Assembly: GCA_963793865.1 (NCBI GenBank) | Contig: CAWCBP010000001.1 | Location: forward strand, 544,001-608,000 | Source: an uncultured delta proteobacterium | GTDB taxonomy: Bacteria > Desulfobacterota > WTBG01 | Reading direction: 5' to 3' | Length of the DNA: 64,000 bases | Shown: piece by piece, positions 1 to 9,294 of the stretch | Position numbering within the stretch: the stretch's first letter is position 1 | Layout: the number at the start of each line of letters is the position of its first letter | Notes under the pieces: generated by a model | Database searches by the model: none | The model's input: the letters and a program-made list of their open reading frames with translations, nothing else | What the model was told of the DNA's origin: nothing | Translations under genes and position numbers: made by a program

Positions 1-318
1 GTGATAGTCGATGAGAAGAGCCGCGCACCCAATCCGGCTGAACTCGCGCAGGAGAAAATCCCGGTGCGTTATGTTCCCGGCGTTGCCGTGGAATATGAGT
101 ACCGCCGGCTTATCATCCCTGCCGGAAATGAACAGACCGTTAATGACGCATCCGTCATCGCAGGTAATAAATACCTCTTCCTGACCCGCAGCATAGGGAG
201 GGAAGCTAAACTGCTTATCACATTTGTGAGGGTAATAGATGACCGATCGCTGGAACAGAAAAAGGAGCAGCGCCACGCAGCCGTAAACGATGAAAAGGGA
301 CAATATTATTTTTGTCAT
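1..318 (-). CDS. Alpha/beta hydrolase (Bem46/ABHD13-like) with N-terminal membrane anchor; partial, runs off the window edge
   Basis: Manual translation of the minus strand gives MTKIILSLFIVYGCVALLLFLFQRSVIYYP, then after a 1-nt shift near 118 PAVLIFHGNAGNITHR...ALLIDY. The ATG overlaps the stop of the upstream ORF (ATGA). Confidence 0.8.
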   Translation of the reverse strand, partial: MTKIILSLFIVYGCVALLLFLFQRSVIYYPHKCDKQFSFPPYAAGQEEVFITCDDGCVINGLFISGRDDKPAVLIFHGNAGNITHRDFLLREFSRIGCAALLIDYH

Positions 319-530
319 GGCAACATATTTTTTCTTTCCCGCTCAAGAAAGCTCATCCTGGTTTCCATGGTGCGGATGATTTCCTTGATCTTGATCTGCA
401 TGGAGGCGAGGGCCTGCTCGTTCTGGATGTCAATTAATTTGGCATGCCAGAAGGCGATGGCATCCTTTTCGGTGACGAGGCGGTCGATGTCCACTTTCTT
501 CCTCATCATGTCTTCAAACTGTTTGTCCAC
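315..530 (-). CDS. Small helical hypothetical protein
   Basis: 71-aa ORF with an upstream AGGAG RBS, translationally coupled to the hydrolase. Confidence 0.6.
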   Translation of the reverse strand: MDKQFEDMMRKKVDIDRLVTEKDAIAFWHAKLIDIQNEQALASMQIKIKEIIRTMETRMSFLERERKNMLP

Positions 531-726
531 GGTACATTTCTCCTGTTAATGGTTGTTTTCGTCCTTCCGCCCCGGGGTGAGCCGTCAACGTGAAGATCGG
601 CAATGAAGGCGATTTTCAGGGAAAAGACTTGTCGTCATGACATGTTTTGATTTATGATCAATGTGAACAATCATGCCGGCGTGCCTGTCTTATTAACTCA
701 GTATCTTGATTCTGGCAAGGAGAAAT

Positions 727-1364
727 ATGGTTACCATAATCCTGATCAGACACGGTGAGACGGACTGGAACCGGGAACAGGTCTTCAGGGGCAAAATTGA
801 CGTGCCCCTGAATGAGGTCGGCCTGTCCCAGGCACGCGGCGTAAAGAAGGCGCTTGAGGGGGTAGCCATTGACGTGATCTATGCAAGCCCGCTCTCACGG
901 GCCTTGGATACTGCCAGGGTGCTTTCCGAAGGAAGTGCACTGGATGTCAGGACAGACGAAGGTTTCAGCGATGTTGATTTTGGTTCCTGGCAGGGTTTAT
1001 CTCATCAAAAGGTCAAAGAGCAATTCCCGGATCTCTATGCCACCTGGGTTACTGATCCCCAGCTGGTAATGTTTCCCCGGGGTGAAACCCTGCTCAAGGT
1101 GCAGAAAAGGTCCATGGCCGCCCTCGATCGCGCCATAGAAAGCAGCCCGGGATAAAACCATCGCCGTCGTTTCCCACCGGGTTGTCAATAAAGTCATTTT
1201 ATGCGCGGTGCTTGGGCTTGATCTCTCCCGCTTCTGGCATGTGAAGCAGGACACCTGCGCCATAAACCGGTTTGAGCGCCGTGAAGGCGGCTATTACCTC
1301 ACCCTCCTCAATGATACCTGTCATTTGAGGGAGCGTGGCGGGTGCATCGTTGGCAGATTTTTAA
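727..1364 (+). CDS. Histidine phosphatase family protein (PGM/CobC-like), frameshifted
   Basis: LIRHGETDWN motif. Continues after a shift near 1150 as DKTIAVVSHRVVNKVILC...LLNDTCHL, and a second shift gives ...SLADF*. Confidence 0.85.
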
Positions 1365-1449
1365 CTGGGTGTCAAGTTTCCAAAATTTCTTGTCTCGTTG
1401 CTGTTACCCTGAAGGTGGGCGGGACATCACATCTTTGAAACAAAAATGC

Positions 1450-1476
1450 GTAGGGGCGACCGGCCGGTCGCCCCTA
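1450..1476. repeat. GTAG-type REP-like perfect palindrome between convergent genes
   Basis: G followed by TAGGGGCGACCGGCCGGTCGCCCCTA, a 26-bp perfect inverted repeat. Confidence 0.75.
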
Positions 1477-1508
1477 TGCTGCAAGTTGAAGATATCGAAT
1501 GCTTTATA

Positions 1509-2351
1509 TTACGTGTAGCTGTGCAGGCCTGAAAGAACATAGTTTACCCCCAGGAAGGTGAAGATAACGCCGCAGAAGCCAATGATGGAGAGCACGGCCG
1601 TCCTGGTTCCCCTCCATCCCCTGGTCAGCCTGGCGTGGAGAAAGGTTGCGTAAATGAACCAGGTGATAAGCGACCAGGTTTCCTTGGGGTCCCAGCTCCA
1701 GTAGCTTCCCCAGGCGTAGTTTGCCCAGACCGCGCCGGTGATAATGCCGATTCCCAGCAGCAGGAACCCCACCGCGTTGGCCTTATAGATGATCTCATCA
1801 AGCAGGGTGGCGGCGGGGAGGGTGCCCTCTTCATCGGCTTCCTCCCGTATCTCACCTTTTCTTTTTTTAAGCAGGAAGGCGATGCTGGCGCCGAAGGAAA
1901 CGGCAAAGGCCGCGTAGGAGAGAAAGCAGGTGAGCACGTGATAGGTAAGCCAGTTGCTCTGCAGGGCGGGAATCAGCGGTTCGATTTCATCCTGAACGTT
2001 GGTTGATAGAGAAGCGTAGGCCATGGCGATGGATGCGATGGGAAACACGAAAGCGCCCAGGGTGATATTTTTAAAGCGCTGCTCCATGATCAGGAGAACA
2101 AGCACCATGCACCAGGACATGGATGCAAGGGTCTCATACAAATTGGCCAGCGGGATGTGTCCGTATCCCGCCTGGTAGGATTCATACCAGCGCAGCCCCA
2201 ATCCGGCGGTGTGGGCCAGGAGGCCGATGACGGTAATGGCCTTTATGGCCATGGCCAGCCGGGGATGTTTGAAAAAGAGGTAGTAGAAATAAAGCACCAT
2301 GGTAAACAGATAGATGAAGGTGGTGATGCCGAGAAAAAACGAGCTGTTCAT
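1509..2351 (-). CDS. ccsA: Cytochrome c biogenesis System II heme-handling protein CcsA/ResC
   Basis: WWD domain WANYAWGSYWSWDPKETW, PALQSNWL motif, C-terminal GLHSY, multiple TM helices. Confidence 0.95.
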   Translation of the reverse strand: MNSSFFLGITTFIYLFTMVLYFYYLFFKHPRLAMAIKAITVIGLLAHTAGLGLRWYESYQAGYGHIPLANLYETLASMSWCMVLVLLIMEQRFKNITLGAFVFPIASIAMAYASLSTNVQDEIEPLIPALQSNWLTYHVLTCFLSYAAFAVSFGASIAFLLKKRKGEIREEADEEGTLPAATLLDEIIYKANAVGFLLLGIGIITGAVWANYAWGSYWSWDPKETWSLITWFIYATFLHARLTRGWRGTRTAVLSIIGFCGVIFTFLGVNYVLSGLHSYT

Positions 2352-2366
2352 TATGATTTTCTCCTT

Positions 2367-3776
2367 TTAGGCAATGCTGTCCGCCTTATCCAGCCGCTTC
2401 AGTTCCTGCTGTATCCGGGTGAAGGTTTGAGAGAAGGATAGCATATTCTTGCTGCTGGAGCCAGCCATGGTGAGGGTAAAATCGCCCTTTTTGGGTTCAA
2501 CCGCTATCCACAGTCTTTGATGGCTTAAAAAGCAGATAACATAGCATCCCACGCAGAGCAGGAAACAGCCCAGCCACACCACCCACACGCCGGGGTCCCG
2601 GGTGAGCTGCAGGCCGGTATATTCTTTTGCTGAAACATTGAGCAGGGTAAACCGGTAGGGACCTTTTCCTGCCCCGTGAAAGTCGGGGAAATTTTGAAAA
2701 ATCCACTGCTCCTCGAGGAGGGAGCCTTCTTTAAAGAGGGCGATCTGGGCGGCGGGATTTTTCAGCTCCTGGGAGCGGCTGACTACCTGGTTGTCCTTTC
2801 CCAGGGAAAAGTCGGGTACGAAGCGTTTCACTTCAATTTCATACCCCGGCTCATCAAGGGGGATTCGCTGGCCTGCCGCAGCCTGGTAATTCCTGGACTG
2901 GTCTCCTGCCGCCCTGTTCTGTACCCCCAGGGTGAGCGATCCCTGGCCGGAGGTGGTTCCGTAGCTGGACTGGTAGATCCATACCCCCTTGTACTGCAGG
3001 GGGTCGTTTACCTCGATGCGCTTCTTTTTCACCTCTTTGCCCCCGTCAATAATGGCAAGTTCGCTGGTGAAATCCTTGGGCCTCTGGCCGCCTGCGTAGA
3101 AGGTAACCTGGAAATCATCACAGCGGATGGAGAAATCGAGTTTTTTCTCCCGGGTGGTGCCCCGGAGCACCATGGTGTCGTTTGACGATCCCTCCACCAC
3201 CTGCATGTACCCCTGGTAGCCCAGATTGCCGAGGATGCCCCCGATGATGATGAAGACAATCCCGAAGTGGGTGATGTAAAACCCCAGCCTGGAAAATTTG
3301 CCTCCTTCCGCGAAGAGACGGTAGGTGCCGGAGGGAGATAAGGCCGCGGTCTTGACCGGCAGATGCTTTTTTACCGTGCTGATGATCATCTCCCACGCCT
3401 GCTGGTCACATGATTTAAGGCGCTGGGTTTTTTTCAGCGGGAGCGTTTGCAGGAGCTGCTCGTCCAGGTCCTTCTCTTCTTTTGTCATCATCCGCCAGAA
3501 GGCGGGGAAGCGGTTAAGCGAGCAGCAGATGAGGTTGAGGGTGAAGAGCGTCAGCAGCGCAATAAACCACCAGGAGTGATACATGTTGTCGATGTTGAGA
3601 AGGTGAATCAGCTTGTAGGTTGAAGGCTTATAGAAGCGGAGATACACTGCAGCCGCTTCGTTTTGCGGGATGATGGTGCCCACAATGGAGGTGATGGATA
3701 TGATGATCAAAATGGTGATGGTCAGCTTGAGAGAGATAAAGAAAGACCACACCTGCTTCATAAATGAGTTTTTCAA
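2367..3776 (-). CDS. resB: Cytochrome c biogenesis System II protein ResB/CcsB
   Basis: SIVGTIIPQ, MYHSWWF, conserved H in YITHFG, VNDPL, YQSSY and GLQLTRDPG motifs; adjacent to ccsA. Confidence 0.95.
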   Translation of the reverse strand: MKNSFMKQVWSFFISLKLTITILIIISITSIVGTIIPQNEAAAVYLRFYKPSTYKLIHLLNIDNMYHSWWFIALLTLFTLNLICCSLNRFPAFWRMMTKEEKDLDEQLLQTLPLKKTQRLKSCDQQAWEMIISTVKKHLPVKTAALSPSGTYRLFAEGGKFSRLGFYITHFGIVFIIIGGILGNLGYQGYMQVVEGSSNDTMVLRGTTREKKLDFSIRCDDFQVTFYAGGQRPKDFTSELAIIDGGKEVKKKRIEVNDPLQYKGVWIYQSSYGTTSGQGSLTLGVQNRAAGDQSRNYQAAAGQRIPLDEPGYEIEVKRFVPDFSLGKDNQVVSRSQELKNPAAQIALFKEGSLLEEQWIFQNFPDFHGAGKGPYRFTLLNVSAKEYTGLQLTRDPGVWVVWLGCFLLCVGCYVICFLSHQRLWIAVEPKKGDFTLTMAGSSSKNMLSFSQTFTRIQQELKRLDKADSIA

Positions 3777-3818
3777 GGCAATCCCCTTTGGCGGTTGTCG
3801 CGTTGCGGCCGTACTTTC

Positions 3819-4775
3819 TCAGTCCGGGAGCTGTAAGACCCGCACCCTGTCGGCGAGCATTTCCACCACATACAGTTTCCGGTTTTTGTCGATGAAGATG
3901 CCGGTGGGCGTTTTGAATTTTATAACCGTACCGCTTTCATCGCCCAGCACCCATAAGAACCTGCCCTGGCCATCGAACACCTGGATGACCCCCAGATAGC
4001 TGTCGCTTACAAATACCCTGCCGGCAGGGTCGATCGCCACCCCCTTCGGCCTGTAAAGCTGTCCCGGTTCAACCCCGAAACTCCCGATGCCGGCGAGGTA
4101 TGCGCCCTCCGGGTCAAGGACCTTCACCCGGGTGTTGATGACCTCCACGATATACAGATTGCCCCCGCTATCCATGTCCAGCATGAAGGGATAGCGGAAC
4201 TCCTTTTTTTCCATGCCCATGACCCCTTCGCTTCTGAGGAATTTCATGGACTGAAGATCGTAGATGATAACACGATGATTGTCATTGTCAACAACGTAGC
4301 ATCGCTTAAGGAGGCTATTTACCGCCACGTCGGTAGGATCGGATGCCCTGCTGTGATCGCGGTCAATATCGGTTGAGAGCTGTGAGAGGTATGAGCCGTC
4401 AGGGGTGAAGATCTGCACCCGGTGATTGCCGGCATCAGCCACATAGACCCGGTTGCCGGCATCAATCCCGATCCCCAGCGGGAAGTTGAATTCTCCGCTG
4501 CCGCTTCCGCTTGTGCCGAACGAGAAGAGATTGTTTCCCGCGGTGCTGTATACCTTCACCCGGTTGTTCACCCCGTCCAGAACGTAGACCCTCTCGTTGG
4601 TTCCGGCCGCCACGTCGCTCGGCTGCCGTAACTCCCCCTGAATCAGGCCAAGAGTTTTCGTTTTTAAAACAGGAACGGAAGCGGCATGGCTGTATGTCCG
4701 GGGAGCACATACGCCCAGAAGGATGGTGAGCAAAACGGATACGATGGTACACAAATTCTGCACGCACAACCTCAT
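3819..4775 (-). CDS. Secreted NHL-repeat six-bladed beta-propeller (module A)
   Basis: Signal peptide and repeated F/LxxPxGI...VYVAD..NHRVQIF blades. Confidence 0.9.
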   Translation of the reverse strand: MRLCVQNLCTIVSVLLTILLGVCAPRTYSHAASVPVLKTKTLGLIQGELRQPSDVAAGTNERVYVLDGVNNRVKVYSTAGNNLFSFGTSGSGSGEFNFPLGIGIDAGNRVYVADAGNHRVQIFTPDGSYLSQLSTDIDRDHSRASDPTDVAVNSLLKRCYVVDNDNHRVIIYDLQSMKFLRSEGVMGMEKKEFRYPFMLDMDSGGNLYIVEVINTRVKVLDPEGAYLAGIGSFGVEPGQLYRPKGVAIDPAGRVFVSDSYLGVIQVFDGQGRFLWVLGDESGTVIKFKTPTGIFIDKNRKLYVVEMLADRVRVLQLPD

Positions 4776-4792
4776 GCCGGTTAAGAAGATAA

Positions 4793-5587
4793 TCAGTCGT
4801 CCGCCCGGGGTTCTTTTGTCCTGCCTGCCGCATCAGGATCGAACATGGTGGGGAGATAAAATTTAGTGTACTCGTCTATCAGCTTAATTACCTCGAGCTG
4901 AAACAGCTGATCGATTCTGCCCTGGCTGTAACCGAGCGCGCTCAGGGCAAGGTATCCCTGCGGACGATGGCACTCCTTGCAGGTTACCGCATCCTTGGAA
5001 ATATGCTGCATCAGCTCTTCCTGAATCTTCTTTCTCTGCTCTTCCGTATAGGTGTCTCTCAGTTTCATGAACTCCAGGGCCAGCGCTTCCCTGGGGAATA
5101 TGTCCAGCCGGCTGCCCCCCCGCAGGGGAACGATTTTCGCGCCGTAATTTCCCTGCGCGCCCTTGATTTCCGTCAGCGCCCGGCCGGTTTTGTCATCAAA
5201 CCATTGGAAGCCGAAGGACTCTCCTTCCTTCGGCCTGATGTGGCAGGTTTCGCAGGCAAGATAGAACGAGTGCATGTTATAGAACGCACGCACGTCCTGT
5301 GACTTGGCATGGCAGAAATTGCCGTGGCAGCGCAGGCACATGGGGGCGTTTTCTTCGTCACTGTAAGCGGCCTGATCGGGAATGTGAAAGCGACCTGTTT
5401 CCAGGGGGCGTTCTATGGTCTTGGTAAATTTTTCGCTGCTGGTGTATTCGGGCAGCACCGCCCTGGTTTTGGACGGGAAATAGAGGAACTTGGCCAGCGC
5501 GATGAGGCTGAAAATCACCAGCAGGGACAGGAGCAGGCCCGCGCAATTAAGCAGCATTTTCAAAAGGACACCTGATGATCGTTTCAT
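4793..5587 (-). CDS. Membrane-anchored triheme cytochrome c (module A)
   Basis: N-terminal TM helix; CLRCH, CETCH, CKECH. Homologous to the C-terminal domains of the genes at 19958 and 25646 (NMH/NLH...CxxCH, FYxP). Confidence 0.85.
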   Translation of the reverse strand: MKRSSGVLLKMLLNCAGLLLSLLVIFSLIALAKFLYFPSKTRAVLPEYTSSEKFTKTIERPLETGRFHIPDQAAYSDEENAPMCLRCHGNFCHAKSQDVRAFYNMHSFYLACETCHIRPKEGESFGFQWFDDKTGRALTEIKGAQGNYGAKIVPLRGGSRLDIFPREALALEFMKLRDTYTEEQRKKIQEELMQHISKDAVTCKECHRPQGYLALSALGYSQGRIDQLFQLEVIKLIDEYTKFYLPTMFDPDAAGRTKEPRADD

Positions 5588-5607
5588 GGAACGCTTTCCT
5601 CTGAGAG

Positions 5608-6367
5608 CTACATGTCAGGGATGGTGGAGAGTCTTCCGCCAGGCTTGGCTGATGCGGCCTGTTCAGCTTCTTTGATGCGCCGGTACTGTAAAGGATGCTC
5701 TTCCTCCAGTTCATGCTCCGCTATCAGCCCGTCCAGCCAGATGGTGGACATGGGAAACTTGCCCGGCTTGAGGTGAACCTCATAAAAGTGCCACACCATG
5801 ATGGCGGAGGAGGCGAGGATGGCTTCCATGGTGTGGACGAGTATGGAAAGATCAAAAATGAATTTGGGGAAATACTGGGGAAACCAGAGAAAGAATCCGG
5901 TGAGGGTAATGATGATGTTGCCGATCCATCCCGTCCAGTATTCCAGCTTTTCCTTGTAATTGAAGCGGTCAAAGAGCGGTTTCGTGCCGTTAATGCGCAG
6001 ATAGTAAAGCATGTTTTGCATGAAGTCTTTGGCATCCTTGAGCGACGGTATCATGTCAAGCAGGTAGCCTCTTCCGGAGCGGGTAAGAAGGATATACCAG
6101 ATTTGATAGAGGATGTTGGCACTCATGATAACGGCGGCGATGCGGTGGAGTATCCCCCGCCAGTAGAAAACCGGTTCCCGGTAGGTGCCGAAGACATTCA
6201 GAATACTTTCAGGGAACTCCACCATGAATCCGGTTATGGCCAGGGTTACAAAGGTGGTCCAGACAAGGTGGTGCTGAACCCGCTCGTGGAAGGTAAGCCG
6301 CACATATGCTTTTTCCTTTTCGGTCGGGGAACTTCCGGGGCTCCCGGGTGATGGTGAGTTTATTCAT
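5608..6367 (-). CDS. Di-heme cytochrome b subunit (FdnI/CbcL-type quinone-interacting domain), module A
   Basis: Four TM helices with His ligands (VQHH, LHR, VHTMEA, WHFYEVH) and RFNYKEKLEYW. The probable start is ATG at 6367, coupled to the upstream stop, with a frameshift near 6315. Confidence 0.85.
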
Positions 6368-7556
6368 AAGTGGGCACCTCTCTTATTCATTTCCCTCCTG
6401 GTGGCGAGAAAATCAAGAAATTGATGAACGATCATGAAGCTGATGAGTCCGCCGATAAGCAGCATATAAAAATACCGTGATCAAACGAAGCATGAGCAGC
6501 CGGGTAGTAATCAAGAGTGGTCAGCTCTTTCTGCGCCTTCTCTTCAAAAGGGATACGAAACGGTTTCAGTTCACCCGACTTGATCTGCTCTTGCTTTTCC
6601 AGGGTCGCCAGCTTGAGGTCAAAGATCGCCGCCTTTGCACCCGAGGGATGAATCTTTCCCTGGGCGAAGGCGGGGGTGGCGTCGATGTGACACTCCTGGA
6701 CGCCGTTGGGGTTGCTGCAGGTGCGAACCAGGTTGTCCCTGGATACCGCCGAGCGGGGATCGTCCTTGGGCATGATGGTATGGGAAAAATACCCCACCGG
6801 CGCGTGGCAGTCGATGCAGTTGGGGGCGTCGGGATTGCCGTATTTTATGGATTGCCAGTGGAAGGTGTCGCGGTACGTGCCCGTTGCCTCCAGGCCGTGA
6901 CGCTTCATCTTTTCCTCGTCCTCGTGGCATGACGCGCACAGTTCAACCATGTCTTTGGAAGTGCGGCGCTCTTTTATGCGGTGGGTGAGATGGGTAAAAT
7001 AAGTCCTGGTCCATGCCTCTTCCTCGTGGCAGCCCAGGCAGCGCTCGAGTATCTCCCGGGAAATGTCCTCCAGTTGACTGCCGAGGTGTATGGGGTCGAG
7101 AATGCGATTTTCGTGGCAGTAGGTACAGGTGGGCAGGTCTTCGGCATGTTCCTTCTCCTTTCCGTCAGCCATCCTGCCATGGACGCTGTTATCATATTCC
7201 TCGATCATCCTGGCGTGGGAAAACTTTCTTTCCACCGACGGTTCCACCAGGTGACATTCCGTGGCGCAGTCAACCTTTTTGACGTCCCCGTGAGGAAATT
7301 CTTCAATGTCCACATGGCACCCCCTGCAGCGGACGCGTCCGTGGGCGGAATGACCGTATCTGTCCTGATTGACATAGAAGAGGCGCTTGGTTCCGGACTC
7401 ATCGATTCTGCCCAGGCCGGAGTACTTGTGGCACAGGTCGCAGTTCTCAACGTCGGCCGCCGGGAGCGGTGCGCGGAGCAGTAATGAAGCGGCAAGCACC
7501 GAGGCAACAAGGGCCGCCCTCAATAAAACCGGTTTGAATTTCATAGGCTGCTGCAC
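6364..7556 (-). CDS. Octaheme cytochrome c with C-terminal membrane anchor (CbcL N-domain-like), module A; frameshifted near the 3' end
   Basis: Signal peptide, 6 CXXCH plus CATECH and CSNPNGVQECH. The corrected C-terminus RLLMLRLITVFYMLLIGGLISFMIVHQFLDFLATRR is a TM helix. Confidence 0.85.
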
Positions 7557-7649
7557 CTCTTCATGCAGGGATGGTACCGTGATTAGTTATAAATGGATTG
7601 GCAGACAGTTGTCAAGCGCCGGCGCAGGCCGGCCATTCAAGCTGCCGCT

Positions 7650-9287
7650 CTACTTATAGGCCTCAGGCTCCTTTTTCAGCAGATACGGGAAGTCGCTGCT
7701 GTGCGGGTTGTGACAGTGCGTGCAGCTCTTTCCGGCAAAACCGGGCAGGGTGTCATGAATGTCGGCCGGCTTGCCCGGTTTCCCCCTGATGAGCTGCCAA
7801 ATATAGTTGTGGCATTGATAACAGGCGGTGATGCCCTTTTCATAGACGACCGTGCTGTGGTCTTCTCCATGGCAGTAGCGGCAGGACAGCTGCTGATCGG
7901 GGAGGAGCTTCCGGAACAGCTGCAGATAATAATCGTGCAGGTCTTCGCCGGCCGCCTGCCCGCTCTCCGCCGGTGCTGTCTCCTCCTCCGGCCGGGTGAT
8001 GAGGGGATGGCAGGCCTTGCAGAGCTTTTGCTGGTCGCTGACGATATGGGCCGCGTACTGACTGCCGTGCTGGCTGTGGCAGAGGAGGCAGTTGCCTTCC
8101 TCCGTGTCGCCGTGCTTGAAAGTGCCCGCTACCAGCGAGGCGTCGTGACAATCGGCCAGGAAACACATTTTATAGACGGCCGGCGGCTCCGGATGCTCAC
8201 GGGTGATGGAGTGGCAGGCCCGGCATTTTTTCTCCAAAAAAGACTTGTGGTAGGAGGGGACGTCCCCCCTGGCCCCGGTGACGGTGAGTTCCTTGTCTTC
8301 TATGACGATGGCGGTCTCTCTCCGGGGAAGGTCCTCCTTCTCCTTGTGGCAGGCAACGCAGAGATCAAAGGAACCATCCAGCCTCAAGCGCAGTTTTTCA
8401 TCTGCGACCTTTGCCGCCGCCTCCCGCTTAATGATGCCCTTCTCATGGGGATTGTGACAGGTGCCGCAGAAGATTTCACCCCGAAAGAGCGGCAGACTGA
8501 CCTCATGTTTCTCTTCAGCCGACCTGATTGCGCTTTGCATTTCCTCCGGGGCGACAGCTATGTGGTTTGCGCGCGCCGGGTGGAACGTTTCCTCCTCCCC
8601 GTGGCAGGCAGCGCAAAAGGTGGAGGTTTCGGTTTTGAAGGAGACATCGGCGATGGATGCCGCTGCATCAGCATCGGGCGCCGACTGATGGCAGTAAAGA
8701 CAGCGATCCCTGAGCACATTTCCTGCCCCGTCGCGCTGCTGGTGAGGGTTGGTCTTTGCGTATGCTTCCCGGTTGTGGCAGCGAAAGCAGAGATCCACGG
8801 TTTTTTTATAGGGTGCTCCCCGGAGGAAGTTTATGTTTTCGAACTGCACCGAGGGCTGCGCCCGGCACTGCAGATAGACGTCATGACATGTCCTGCAGGT
8901 TACGTTTCCCCCGTAGAGGGGAAGCCCGGAGGGAATGTTGACCGCGCCTCCGGGTGGGGGAGGGGTAATGCCCGCGGGATGCAGGTCCCCCTTGAGGGAT
9001 TCGCTTCCGTGGCAGGAATTGCACATGGCGATGTCGTCCCCGCCGTACTTGAGCCGCTTGTCCGCATCGCCCTCACGGGGTGTTCCCTCATGACACACGT
9101 CGCAGTCCTTCCCGGTGAAGTGCGGATCAATGATTTCTTCCGGCGGACGCGGCCGGCCGGGGGAAAGAACCCCGTTCTCCTGCCCCCGGGAGATGCCGGG
9201 AAGCGTCACGCCGCCCAGCAGTGCTGTGGCCGCAATCAGGATGATGAGGACACGCATGATTTTGGTCTCAGGTGTGATTTGGTGCAT
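7650..9287 (-). CDS. Periplasmic 15-heme cytochrome c (module A)
   Basis: Signal peptide; 14 CXXCH plus CFLADCH; paralog of 30484..32187. Confidence 0.9.
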   Translation of the reverse strand: MHQITPETKIMRVLIILIAATALLGGVTLPGISRGQENGVLSPGRPRPPEEIIDPHFTGKDCDVCHEGTPREGDADKRLKYGGDDIAMCNSCHGSESLKGDLHPAGITPPPPGGAVNIPSGLPLYGGNVTCRTCHDVYLQCRAQPSVQFENINFLRGAPYKKTVDLCFRCHNREAYAKTNPHQQRDGAGNVLRDRCLYCHQSAPDADAAASIADVSFKTETSTFCAACHGEEETFHPARANHIAVAPEEMQSAIRSAEEKHEVSLPLFRGEIFCGTCHNPHEKGIIKREAAAKVADEKLRLRLDGSFDLCVACHKEKEDLPRRETAIVIEDKELTVTGARGDVPSYHKSFLEKKCRACHSITREHPEPPAVYKMCFLADCHDASLVAGTFKHGDTEEGNCLLCHSQHGSQYAAHIVSDQQKLCKACHPLITRPEEETAPAESGQAAGEDLHDYYLQLFRKLLPDQQLSCRYCHGEDHSTVVYEKGITACYQCHNYIWQLIRGKPGKPADIHDTLPGFAGKSCTHCHNPHSSDFPYLLKKEPEAYK

Positions 9288-9294
9288 GGTGATG

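Noticed and set aside
1..549. 182-aa plus-strand ORF
   Set aside because: Antisense shadow of the minus-strand hydrolase and the 71-aa gene.
648..662. FNR/Crp-type box TTGAT...ATCAA
   Set aside because: The spacer is 5 nt rather than the canonical 4, so it cannot be supported, although an indel error is possible.
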